NCBI GenBank assembly: GCA_965219455.1
Contig: OZ244744.1
Location: forward strand, 4,960,001-5,024,000
Source: Candidatus Latescibacterota bacterium
GTDB lineage: Bacteria; Latescibacterota; UBA2968; GCA-2709665
Reading direction: 5' to 3'
DNA length: 64,000 nt
The notes beneath the pieces are model-generated. The model was given only the letters and a program-made list of their open reading frames with translations, had not been told where the DNA came from and did not search any database. The position numbers and the translations under genes are program-made. Below are positions 18,962-27,117 of the stretch, piece after piece (the stretch's first letter is position 1; each line of letters begins with the position of its first letter).

Positions 18962-20410
18962 TCATTCCTCCGAGTCTTCCGAAATTCGAGACGCCAACTC
19001 GTTTGCTATCGAATTTATTTCGTCGATGGTTCTGTCGAAAACCGGCATATCGATGCCAAACTGATCAACATCACACCTCGTAAGCCCATTGTTCTCAGCT
19101 ACGTACGCACGAATTGCCGCCGGGTCCAGAGCATCGTCGGCACGATACTTGAGCTTCTTCCTGACCTCTTCTTTTTCAGCGACTGTGCTGTTCAGCATAA
19201 CCAGGTTGTTGATTTCCTTGATCAGGTAGTCACTATGCGTCGTGATGAGGACTTTCAAGCCTGCGCGTACGAATCGCGCCAACAATCGTGCTAGTAGTAT
19301 CTGGTTGGCGGTGTCGAGATGGCTTTCCGGCTCATCGACGATGAGAAGATGATTGCTGTTGGCAACGTGTCGTAGAAAGAAGTAAAAGTCCGATAAGCCT
19401 CGAGCGGATGAGGAAGCGATGTGCAACGGAATGTTAAAGCTGCGTCCCTTTCCCCGAGCCTTGGAGATGAATCGTATCTCGTCTCCGGACGCCCGGTAAT
19501 AGCCGCCCATCATGTCCTTGATTTCGTTGGCAAATTTGTGGGCGTGAAAATCGCTCTCCTGTGCTTGTATGTCTGGAATGCTCCGGGTGTAGTCGATGTT
19601 ATGTTTTATCGGGAGCGCGTACCGACTGGTGGCACCGTCAATGAACATAAATCTGGAACTCTTGCTCAATGCCTTGTCGTCGCCCATCTTCTGCAACATA
19701 TCGACCAACTGGTTCTTGGTGAAGTCGAGCTCTCTGTAGAACAGAGATATGCCGAAACGCTCAGCAGAAAGTATAAAGGTCTCGGACGGAAGTTCAGGAA
19801 ACAAAAAGCGAAGGTATAGGGACGAAAGTGCTTCGTCTAAATCCGACCGGCTCTGTGGCTGTTTGCCTTCCTCCATATCAAGGACAGCTTGTTCTCCGTC
19901 GTAACGGAGCGAAAGAATCGCTCCGTCAGAAAGTGTTGCCTCATAGATTTGCTCGTGGTCGCCGAAGTCCTGCGAGAATTTGACATCAAGCGTAGCACCA
20001 TCAAAAATGCCACGTGGCGAGCTGAAGACGCCCGGCAAACGAGTATTCGAAAACGTCCGGGTCATTTCACCCATGAACGCAGACCGGATTTCGTGTCGGG
20101 TCTTCCAATTTACCGGATGTTCAGCCTGGGCGATTTTTCGCATCCTGTTGGCGAGCCCCTCCTTGACAAAGTGAGCCGTGCCAGATGCGCTATCTGCATC
20201 CGCGATTAGTTCCGGCCATTCCTCGTACAGCTTCAGGAAAGCGTAGAGTGTATACGCTATGTAGGTCTTCCCGGTGTTGTTGCGGCCCGCAATTATAGTG
20301 ATGTCTCCCAACTCCAGTTCCGCATCCTTGACGGGTCCGATGTTTCTGAATCGAAACTTCGCTGGTTTCAATTTGGATTTTCCGGCATCCTGCGTTTCGG
20401 CTGTTGTCAT
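18962..20410 (-). CDS. ABC-type (AAA_15/AAA_21-like) ATPase
   Basis: FRNIGPVK, Walker A GRNNTGKT, ASSSARG signature-like, Walker B LIVDEPESHL, H-loop ITTHSDY. Confidence 0.88.
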   Translation of the reverse strand: MTTAETQDAGKSKLKPAKFRFRNIGPVKDAELELGDITIIAGRNNTGKTYIAYTLYAFLKLYEEWPELIADADSASGTAHFVKEGLANRMRKIAQAEHPVNWKTRHEIRSAFMGEMTRTFSNTRLPGVFSSPRGIFDGATLDVKFSQDFGDHEQIYEATLSDGAILSLRYDGEQAVLDMEEGKQPQSRSDLDEALSSLYLRFLFPELPSETFILSAERFGISLFYRELDFTKNQLVDMLQKMGDDKALSKSSRFMFIDGATSRYALPIKHNIDYTRSIPDIQAQESDFHAHKFANEIKDMMGGYYRASGDEIRFISKARGKGRSFNIPLHIASSSARGLSDFYFFLRHVANSNHLLIVDEPESHLDTANQILLARLLARFVRAGLKVLITTHSDYLIKEINNLVMLNSTVAEKEEVRKKLKYRADDALDPAAIRAYVAENNGLTRCDVDQFGIDMPVFDRTIDEINSIANELASRISEDSEE

Positions 20411-20648
20411 GGTGATGCCTCTCAGATGGATGCGAAGACTTCCGCAATCTTCAGGCTATCGATGCCGCGGCCGGCTACGATTTCGACGGTGACGTTTTGT
20501 GTTCTTCGCTTTTGAACTGCGGGAGAAGCCTGTGCGTCGGTTGGCTTGATACTATACGGTGTCGATATGTCCTGTCAGCTGATTGCTAAATGCAGGTCGT
20601 TGGCCAGTCCAAATCTGCCTGTTGGTCGGTCAAACAACCAAATCGTTG

Positions 20649-20679
20649 ATTATATACACCCCAATGCGTCTAAGGTCAA
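20649..20679 (-). promoter_or_regulatory. Sigma70-like promoter candidate for the ATPase operon
   Basis: Minus strand TTGACC-N17-TATATAAT. Confidence 0.45.
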
Positions 20680-20688
20680 CCCAAAACT

Positions 20689-20718
20689 AGAATAGAGGTC
20701 TGTATCGACCTCTATTCT
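20689..20718 (-). terminator. 12-bp perfect hairpin, probable terminator of the imu-SRAP operon
   Basis: AGAATAGAGGTC-N6-GACCTCTATTCT followed on the minus strand by AGTTTT. Confidence 0.5.
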
Positions 20719-20892
20719 TAATTCGTTATATATGATTGTTATTTTTTGTCTTACATGTAATATCTGCATTCAGCGTTTCGGTCGGGGACGCAATCTACCA
20801 GGTGAATCGGCAACGCAGGGGCCGATTTTCCTCCGGCATCCAATTCGCAGCGCAGTCTGCCTTTTTGCTGTAAGTGATTTTCCTCGTTTAGC

Positions 20893-21579
20893 TCAGAACA
20901 GGCGTTGTTGGGACATGGGCGTGAGAATATCCGGGTCGTCGTTCCGGACGCTGTTTACGCGGGTGCTGACGGCGCGTATTTCGTACGGTCCCGCTCGGGG
21001 TTCGCGGACCAGGTCGAGGAGCGTGTCCGCGAATGACGCGGTGTCGAGCCAGACCGAGAAATGTTCGGGATTGATGATGGCCGGTTGCCGGTGGTGGATG
21101 TCCGCAAGCGGCGCGTCGGCGTCGGTGGTGATGATCGTAAAGGTTTGGAGGGATTCGCCGCCTCTGTCCCAGTTTTCCCAGAGTGCGGCGAACGATAGCG
21201 GAGATCCGTCCGCGAGCGACAGGAAGTAGGGCTGTTTGCCGTGGCCCGCCCGCTGCCACTCGAACCAGCCGTCGGCCGGCACCAGGCACCGCCGTGAGCG
21301 GAAGGCGGCGCCGAATGCCGGTTTTTCGTGGACGGTCTCGGCCCGCGCGTTGATCATGCGCGCGCCCATTCTGATGTCTTTGGCCCACGAGGGCACCAGG
21401 CCCCATCGGAGCCTGGCGATGACCCGGTTGCCGTTTTCGTCCGGCAGGCAGATGGCGAAGTCCTGGGTCGGCGCGCCGTTGTAGCGCGGTTGCATGTGTG
21501 GCGGCGCCAGGGGTTCGGCCAGGGCGTAAAGCTCGTGGAGTTCGCGCCAGGTCATCATCTGGGTGAAGCGGCCGCACAT
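20893..21579 (-). CDS. SOS response-associated peptidase (SRAP/YedK/HMCES family)
   Basis: N-terminal MCGRF (catalytic Cys2), RYNGAPTQ, WGLVPSW, INARAETV, RRCLVPADGWFEW, IHHRQP. Confidence 0.93.
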   Translation of the reverse strand: MCGRFTQMMTWRELHELYALAEPLAPPHMQPRYNGAPTQDFAICLPDENGNRVIARLRWGLVPSWAKDIRMGARMINARAETVHEKPAFGAAFRSRRCLVPADGWFEWQRAGHGKQPYFLSLADGSPLSFAALWENWDRGGESLQTFTIITTDADAPLADIHHRQPAIINPEHFSVWLDTASFADTLLDLVREPRAGPYEIRAVSTRVNSVRNDDPDILTPMSQQRLF

Positions 21580-21672
21580 AGGATCATCTCCTCTGGTTCT
21601 CCTACCGACCCGGTAACGTCTTCCAGGTTGCGCTGGCTGCACCGTGCAATTTCGGCCTTCCGGGAAATGGTG

Positions 21673-24600
21673 TCAATGGAAATCCCGGCTCTTGGCCTGG
21701 ACCGCCCCGGTATCCAGCTTCGGCTTCCAGATTTTTTCAACCACCAGGTGGGTTACCCCCTCTCCCACCTGCAGTTTTCCGGTCACGCCCATGCAGGAAA
21801 GCGTTTTGGCCGGCAGGGAATAGCGTTTGAAAGTCCTTTCCCAGATAACCAGGTTCACAAACCCCGTCTCATCCTCCAGGGTCATGAAGGTGACGCCTTT
21901 TGCGGTTCCCGGGCGCTGGCGGCAGATGACCATCCCCGCGTATCGGACCCGGCGTCCGTCCTGCATCCGGTTGATCTGGCGCGCCGTGGGCAGCCTCCGG
22001 GCGGCCAGCGCGGAGCGCAGCGGCTTCAGGAGGTGTCCCCGCGTGCTGTGGTCGGCGGCCTGATGGTCCCAGACAACGGTCTCCAACCCGCTCAGGAGAG
22101 GGAACCGGGGCGGCGAAACGTGGTTGTTCAGTGGCAGCGCGGGTTCCCGTGGGGTTGCGACACCGTGAATCCGCCAGAGCGCGCCGCGTCGGTCCAGCCC
22201 GAAGCACTCGAAGGCGCCCGCCTCGGCCAGGGCCTCCAGCTTGTCCTGGCGAAGCCCGCTCCGCCGGGCGACGTCTTCCAGATCCTGAAAAGGGCGCTCC
22301 CTCACGGCGGCCGAGAGCCGGCGTCCGTCCGCATCGCCCAGTCCGCTGACGTAACGCAGCCCCATGCGCACGGCGAACGGAGCGGGCGACGTTTGGGATC
22401 GAGCCGGCTCGAGGGTGCAGTCCCAGCGGCTCTCACGCAGGCAAACGGGCCGCACGGAGATCCCGTGCCTCCGGGCGTCGTTCACGATGGTAGCGGGCTC
22501 GTAAAACCCCATCGGCTGGGCATTCAGCAGGGCGCAGACGAACGCCGCCGGATAGTGGCATTTGAGATAGGCGGTGGCATAGGCGATATGGGCAAAGCTG
22601 GCGGCATGGCTCTCGGGAAAGCCGTAGTCGCCGAAGCCGCGGATCTGATTGAAGATGCGTTCGGCAAATTCGTGTTCGATGCCCTTTTTGACCATGCGGG
22701 TAACGAGGCGGCGATGGTGCCGCTCGATGCGTCCGGAACGTCGCCATGCCGCCATATCCCGCCTGAGCTGATCGGCTTCGCCGGGGGTGTAGTCGGCCGC
22801 AACCATGGCCAGTTGCATCACCTGCTCCTGAAACAGAGGAATGCCCAGGGTTTTCTTGAGAACGGGAACGAGGGAAGGATGGGGATATTCGACTACTTCG
22901 TCCCCGTTGCGCCGTCGCAGGTAGGGATGCACCATGCCGCCCGTGATGGGTCCGGGACGCACAATGCTGATCTCGATCACCAGGTCGTAATAACTGCGCG
23001 GCTTGAGGCGCCCCAGCATGGCCATCTGCGCCCGGCTTTCGATCTGAAACACCCCTACGGTATCGCTGCGGCAGATCATTTCGAAGGTCGCCGCATCGGC
23101 CCGGGGAAGGGTGGCCAGAGACAGGTCCTGCCCACGGTGCCGCCGCAGGAGATCGAAGCAGAGATGCAGATGGGTGAGGGCGCCCAGTCCCAGCAGGTCT
23201 ACCTTGAACAGACCGGCCTGCTCCACGTCTTCCTTGTCCCACTGAATGACCGTTCTGCCATCCATGGTGGCATTCTCGATGGGCACCAGTTCGTGGACGG
23301 GACGATGGCCCAGCAGAAAGCCGCCGGGGTGTATGGAGAGATGGCGGGGAAAATCCTGGATCTCTTCCACCAGGGAAGCGAGATGGCGAAGGGCCGGGTT
23401 CCGGGGATCGAGCCCGGCCTGCGCAATGAAGGTGTCGCTCCAGCTTTCATGGGACACCAGTTTGGCCAGGCGGTCCAGGCTGGTTGCTGAAATCTCCAGC
23501 GCCTTGCCCACTTCCCGGATGGCGGATCGGTACCGGTAACGCACCACGTTGGACACCATCGCCGCGCGTTCGCGTCCGTATTTTTCGTACATATGCTGGA
23601 TCACTTCTTCCCTGCGGTTGTGTTCGATATCCAGGTCGATATCCGGAGGCTCCGCCCTCTCCCTGGACAGAAAGCGTTCGAAGAGAAGTTCCACCTGGGT
23701 CGGATCCACGCTGGTGATCCCCAGGGCGAAGCAGACCGCTGAGTTGGCGGCCGACCCCCGACCCTGGCAGAGGATTTTTTGACGGTGGCAGTACTCGACG
23801 ATCTCGTACATGGTCAGGAAGTAGCCTTCGTATTCCAGTTCCTGGATCAGCTCGAGTTCCTTCTCCAATTGTGGAATCTGGTCCTGGAACTTTTCGCCCA
23901 TCCGGCGGGCGGCCCCCTCGAACGTCCGGTTGCGCAGGTACTGGATGGAAGTCTTGCCCTCCGGCACGCGTTCCAGCGGATAGCGGTAACGCAGTTCCTG
24001 GAGCGAGAAGGAACAGCGGTCGGCAATTTCCCGGGTTCGTCTGACCGATTCCGGATCGTCGATAAAGAGGCGGGCCAGATCGTTCGGACGCTTCAGGGCG
24101 TGCTGGTCGTTCGGCTGGATGTGCCGGCCCGCCGTGGACAGGGTCACGCCTTTCCGGATACAGGTCAGGACGTCCTGCAGGCGCCGCCGTTCGGGAGCGT
24201 GATAGAGGACCTCCACGGCGGCCACGGTGGGAAGGCCGAACCGGTCCGCCAGTTCCCGGAGCCGAATTTCCTGCAGAAATTCCTCCGCTCGACGGTGTCT
24301 GGCCAACAGGATGTACAGGCGTTCCCCAAATGCCGTTTTGAGCTGTTCCAGCACGGGCTCCGGGCCGCCCTCCGCGGGAGCTTCCGGCACGGACTGGCCG
24401 ATCCACAGGGCGATCAGACCGGGATTGTAGCGACACACCTCCGGCAAGTTCAGCCCGCACGCTCCCTTGGAGGAACGCAGATGCCCGTCGGTCAGCAGGC
24501 GGCAGAGATTGCCGTAGCCCTTCCGGTTCTGGGCCAGCAACAGGATCTCCGATCCATCCTGGAGGCCGATCTGCGATCCTGCGATCAGGTGAATGCCCGC

Positions 24601-24822
24601 CTGGCGGGCCTGAACGTGAGCCCTGACGATCCCGTACACGCCGTTCCGGTCGGTGAGCGCCATGGCGGGAAGGCCGTTCTGCCGGCAGCCCTCGACCAGT
24701 TCCTCGGGATGGCTGGCGCCTTCCAGAAAGGAATAGTTGCTCTTGCACCAGAGGGGGACGTAGGGCGGATCGGAGGCGGGCGCCCGGGCGCCGTTCCGGC
24801 CCGGAGCCAATGGTCCGTTCAT
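21673..24822 (-). CDS. dnaE2: Error-prone DNA polymerase DnaE2 (ImuC)
   Basis: SNYSFLEGAS PHP domain, GRGSAANS, PPDIDLDIEH, FQIESRAQM, FPESHAASF, C-terminal SRDFH; ATG 24822 after AAGGA. Confidence 0.95.
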   Translation of the reverse strand: MNGPLAPGRNGARAPASDPPYVPLWCKSNYSFLEGASHPEELVEGCRQNGLPAMALTDRNGVYGIVRAHVQARQAGIHLIAGSQIGLQDGSEILLLAQNRKGYGNLCRLLTDGHLRSSKGACGLNLPEVCRYNPGLIALWIGQSVPEAPAEGGPEPVLEQLKTAFGERLYILLARHRRAEEFLQEIRLRELADRFGLPTVAAVEVLYHAPERRRLQDVLTCIRKGVTLSTAGRHIQPNDQHALKRPNDLARLFIDDPESVRRTREIADRCSFSLQELRYRYPLERVPEGKTSIQYLRNRTFEGAARRMGEKFQDQIPQLEKELELIQELEYEGYFLTMYEIVEYCHRQKILCQGRGSAANSAVCFALGITSVDPTQVELLFERFLSRERAEPPDIDLDIEHNRREEVIQHMYEKYGRERAAMVSNVVRYRYRSAIREVGKALEISATSLDRLAKLVSHESWSDTFIAQAGLDPRNPALRHLASLVEEIQDFPRHLSIHPGGFLLGHRPVHELVPIENATMDGRTVIQWDKEDVEQAGLFKVDLLGLGALTHLHLCFDLLRRHRGQDLSLATLPRADAATFEMICRSDTVGVFQIESRAQMAMLGRLKPRSYYDLVIEISIVRPGPITGGMVHPYLRRRNGDEVVEYPHPSLVPVLKKTLGIPLFQEQVMQLAMVAADYTPGEADQLRRDMAAWRRSGRIERHHRRLVTRMVKKGIEHEFAERIFNQIRGFGDYGFPESHAASFAHIAYATAYLKCHYPAAFVCALLNAQPMGFYEPATIVNDARRHGISVRPVCLRESRWDCTLEPARSQTSPAPFAVRMGLRYVSGLGDADGRRLSAAVRERPFQDLEDVARRSGLRQDKLEALAEAGAFECFGLDRRGALWRIHGVATPREPALPLNNHVSPPRFPLLSGLETVVWDHQAADHSTRGHLLKPLRSALAARRLPTARQINRMQDGRRVRYAGMVICRQRPGTAKGVTFMTLEDETGFVNLVIWERTFKRYSLPAKTLSCMGVTGKLQVGEGVTHLVVEKIWKPKLDTGAVQAKSRDFH

Positions 24823-24874
24823 GGTTTCCGTCCTTCTTGATGATCGGATGCGTCCCGGCGCCTGGCGGGTGCGG

Positions 24875-26377
24875 TCACTCGACGCGGCCCTGGGCGTACC
24901 AGCGATGCATTTGCTGGTCGTAATAGATCCAGAGGCGTTCTCCCCGATGGGTCTTGATGAACCCATAGTCTCTCCGGATCTCCCGATGCCACCATTCTCC
25001 ACTGATCGCATGTCCCGGCGGATGCCCCGCGCCCGGCGACGGCTTCCGGTTTTTCGCATGGTAAAGGGAAGCCCCTTCCAGAAGTTTGGGGCAGGCGTGG
25101 ACGCGTCGCACCAGGGGGCGCACGGGGACCGGTTGGGGACTGGCTGCGGCAAGCTTCTTGAAGGGCTGCCACTCGAAACGGGCTTCCGGCAGGTGCCCCG
25201 ATTTGAGACGGGCCGACAGCACGGAATCGGGGCCGAACTCGGCGCGAACCCGGGCCAGGGCATCCAGGGCCGCTTCAATATTTCGGCGTGGATTCTGCTG
25301 CAGCAGGTTCAGTGTTTCGGCGGAGACGTACACGCCCTCCACCTCGAGGACCAATTCCACCGGAGGAGCGCGGAAAGAGACCGTCTCCAGGTGCAAACGG
25401 AGCAGGTCCAGGAGGACCGGCGCCTCCAGGGTCGGCCTTGCCGGTTGGATGCGCTGACGATGACGGTCTCCGTCTTCCAGCAGCAGTTGCAGATGCAGGG
25501 CCGCCACCGCCTGGCACCTTGCCGCCGTCGCCCGCAACAGGGGGTCCAGCCGCCGACGGATCCAGAAAAGGAGTCTCTGGGCATTGGATTCGGGCTCGTC
25601 CAGGTCCATCCGGGTGCGGAGGGGCTCGGGGATCTTTTGGGATTGGACCGGCAGCGACAGCGTTCCCGACGCAAAACGGTAGAGGCTCCAGGCCTGGTCG
25701 CCGAGGTGGTGCGCGATGCCGCCCGCGGGAAGCTCCAGGAAGTCGCGCACGGTATGAACCGCCAGTTTTTCGAGCCGGTCGCGCAGCTTCGGGTCGATTT
25801 GCAGATGCAGCAGCCGCACCATGCGGCTTTCCGTCTCCTCGACCTCGAGGGAAGGGAACACGGTCACCCGGCTCGTTGACTTGGCGATGGCATAGCTGCC
25901 GAAACGGCTGAAGCCGACGACGATGCTGGCCTTCAGCGCCAGCCGGGAGAGGTGGGAGTCGATCTGTCTGGCCCAGTCTTCGAGAGAGGTATGGAGCTTG
26001 TCGAGGCCGCTGGCATCGACCCAGAAAATCCCGGGCTCGTCGTCGCAGGGCTCGATCCGGGGGCTGAAACGGTCCAGAAGCCGGTGAACCTGCCGCACCG
26101 CGGCCTGGATTTCCCTCTCGGAAACCGTTTCCGCGCACAGGTTCCGGTCCAGTGAGAGGGCGGAGGCATAGCGCATTCCCGTGCGGATGCCGGCCCGGTC
26201 GGCCGCCGGGTTCGTCCAGAGGATGGGGCTCTGGGGATTCTCTTTTTCCACCACCGCGACCGGCCTCCGCCTCCACTCCGGGTGTCTCCTCAGCAGGAGT
26301 TGCAGCGGCAGCGCCCGGATATTAATGCAGGCCGTCCGGCCCGCGGCAGATTTCGGTGTGGCGCCAACCCGGTCCAT
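24875..26377 (-). CDS. imuB: ImuB, Y-family polymerase-like protein
   Basis: AGIRTGM, FSPRIE, GEWW...RDY...WIYYD...WYAQG; between an imuA-like gene and dnaE2. Confidence 0.9.
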   Translation of the reverse strand: MDRVGATPKSAAGRTACINIRALPLQLLLRRHPEWRRRPVAVVEKENPQSPILWTNPAADRAGIRTGMRYASALSLDRNLCAETVSEREIQAAVRQVHRLLDRFSPRIEPCDDEPGIFWVDASGLDKLHTSLEDWARQIDSHLSRLALKASIVVGFSRFGSYAIAKSTSRVTVFPSLEVEETESRMVRLLHLQIDPKLRDRLEKLAVHTVRDFLELPAGGIAHHLGDQAWSLYRFASGTLSLPVQSQKIPEPLRTRMDLDEPESNAQRLLFWIRRRLDPLLRATAARCQAVAALHLQLLLEDGDRHRQRIQPARPTLEAPVLLDLLRLHLETVSFRAPPVELVLEVEGVYVSAETLNLLQQNPRRNIEAALDALARVRAEFGPDSVLSARLKSGHLPEARFEWQPFKKLAAASPQPVPVRPLVRRVHACPKLLEGASLYHAKNRKPSPGAGHPPGHAISGEWWHREIRRDYGFIKTHRGERLWIYYDQQMHRWYAQGRVE

Positions 26378-26987
26378 GACGTCTGTCCTTCAAAATCTCG
26401 ATGTCGTATTGGAAGCGGTCGACCCCCAGACGCCGGCAGGAGGATTGCCCTCGCAGACAGACCATCGGTCCCAGCGAAGGCGTCTCCCTGGCTTTTGAGG
26501 TCAGGCAGAGCAGGGCGGTGTCGTGGGCCCGCGCCAGGTGGGCCAGGCGCGCCTGCAGCGGAAACGGAATTGTGGGATCGGAGTGCAGGTCCATCACCAT
26601 CAGGCCAAAGGCGCCCGACCTCAGGAGCCGGTCCGCCGAGCGCGCCGAGGACTGGGCATCGGGCACGTGGATGACGACGAGGGCATTCAGGTCCACGCCG
26701 TTTTCGGCTGCATCGGGGGCGAAGAAGGTATCCGGCGTGGCCGTGATCCAGGCCACCGGCTCATGCCCGAGCTGCGCATCCAGCACCAGCCGGAAGGCAG
26801 CCGTGAGCAGACCGGCTCCTGAATTGGAGGAGAGTTCGCAGAGGCGCCCGGCCAACTGCGCCAGCGACCAGCGCGGCGTTTTCGTTCGGGTCCTGATCCT
26901 GTTCAAATCGGCCCGGAGGTGCTGTAACCCGCTGTCCTGCAAGGCTGAAAAGCGTTCTCGTCTGATGTTGTCCGATACACCCTGCAC
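26322..26987 (-). CDS. imuA: ImuA, RecA-like protein
   Basis: GRLCELS, PVAWI, FFAPDAAENGVDL, ADRLLRSGAFGLMVMDL; degenerate Walker A; first gene of the cassette. Confidence 0.8.
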   Translation of the reverse strand: MQGVSDNIRRERFSALQDSGLQHLRADLNRIRTRTKTPRWSLAQLAGRLCELSSNSGAGLLTAAFRLVLDAQLGHEPVAWITATPDTFFAPDAAENGVDLNALVVIHVPDAQSSARSADRLLRSGAFGLMVMDLHSDPTIPFPLQARLAHLARAHDTALLCLTSKARETPSLGPMVCLRGQSSCRRLGVDRFQYDIEILKDRRHGPGWRHTEICRGPDGLH

Positions 26988-27051
26988 TTCGATGACCTTT
27001 CCCGGGAGTGAAAACGGTTCTGCGTTCTCCTGAAGGAACGTTCATAAACAA

Positions 27052-27078
27052 AAAACAGACATATGTCTGTTTTGTCAA
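27052..27078 (-). promoter_or_regulatory. Perfect 22-bp palindrome next to a TTGACA -35, candidate SOS operator
   Basis: AAAACAGACATATGTCTGTTTT at 27052-27073; TTGACA on the minus strand at 27073-27078. Confidence 0.6.
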
Positions 27079-27117
27079 GTGTTTTCTTCCGACTTTATTT
27101 TCCACTGTGTTCCGGTT

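Noticed and set aside
24823-25278. N-terminal extension of DnaE2 in the ORF track
   Set aside because: Overlaps imuB in another frame; PHP homology and an SD support the start at 24822
21328-25879. Long plus-strand ORFs (720, 353 and 352 aa) opposite dnaE2/imuB
   Set aside because: Antisense shadows typical of high-GC coding DNA; no motifs
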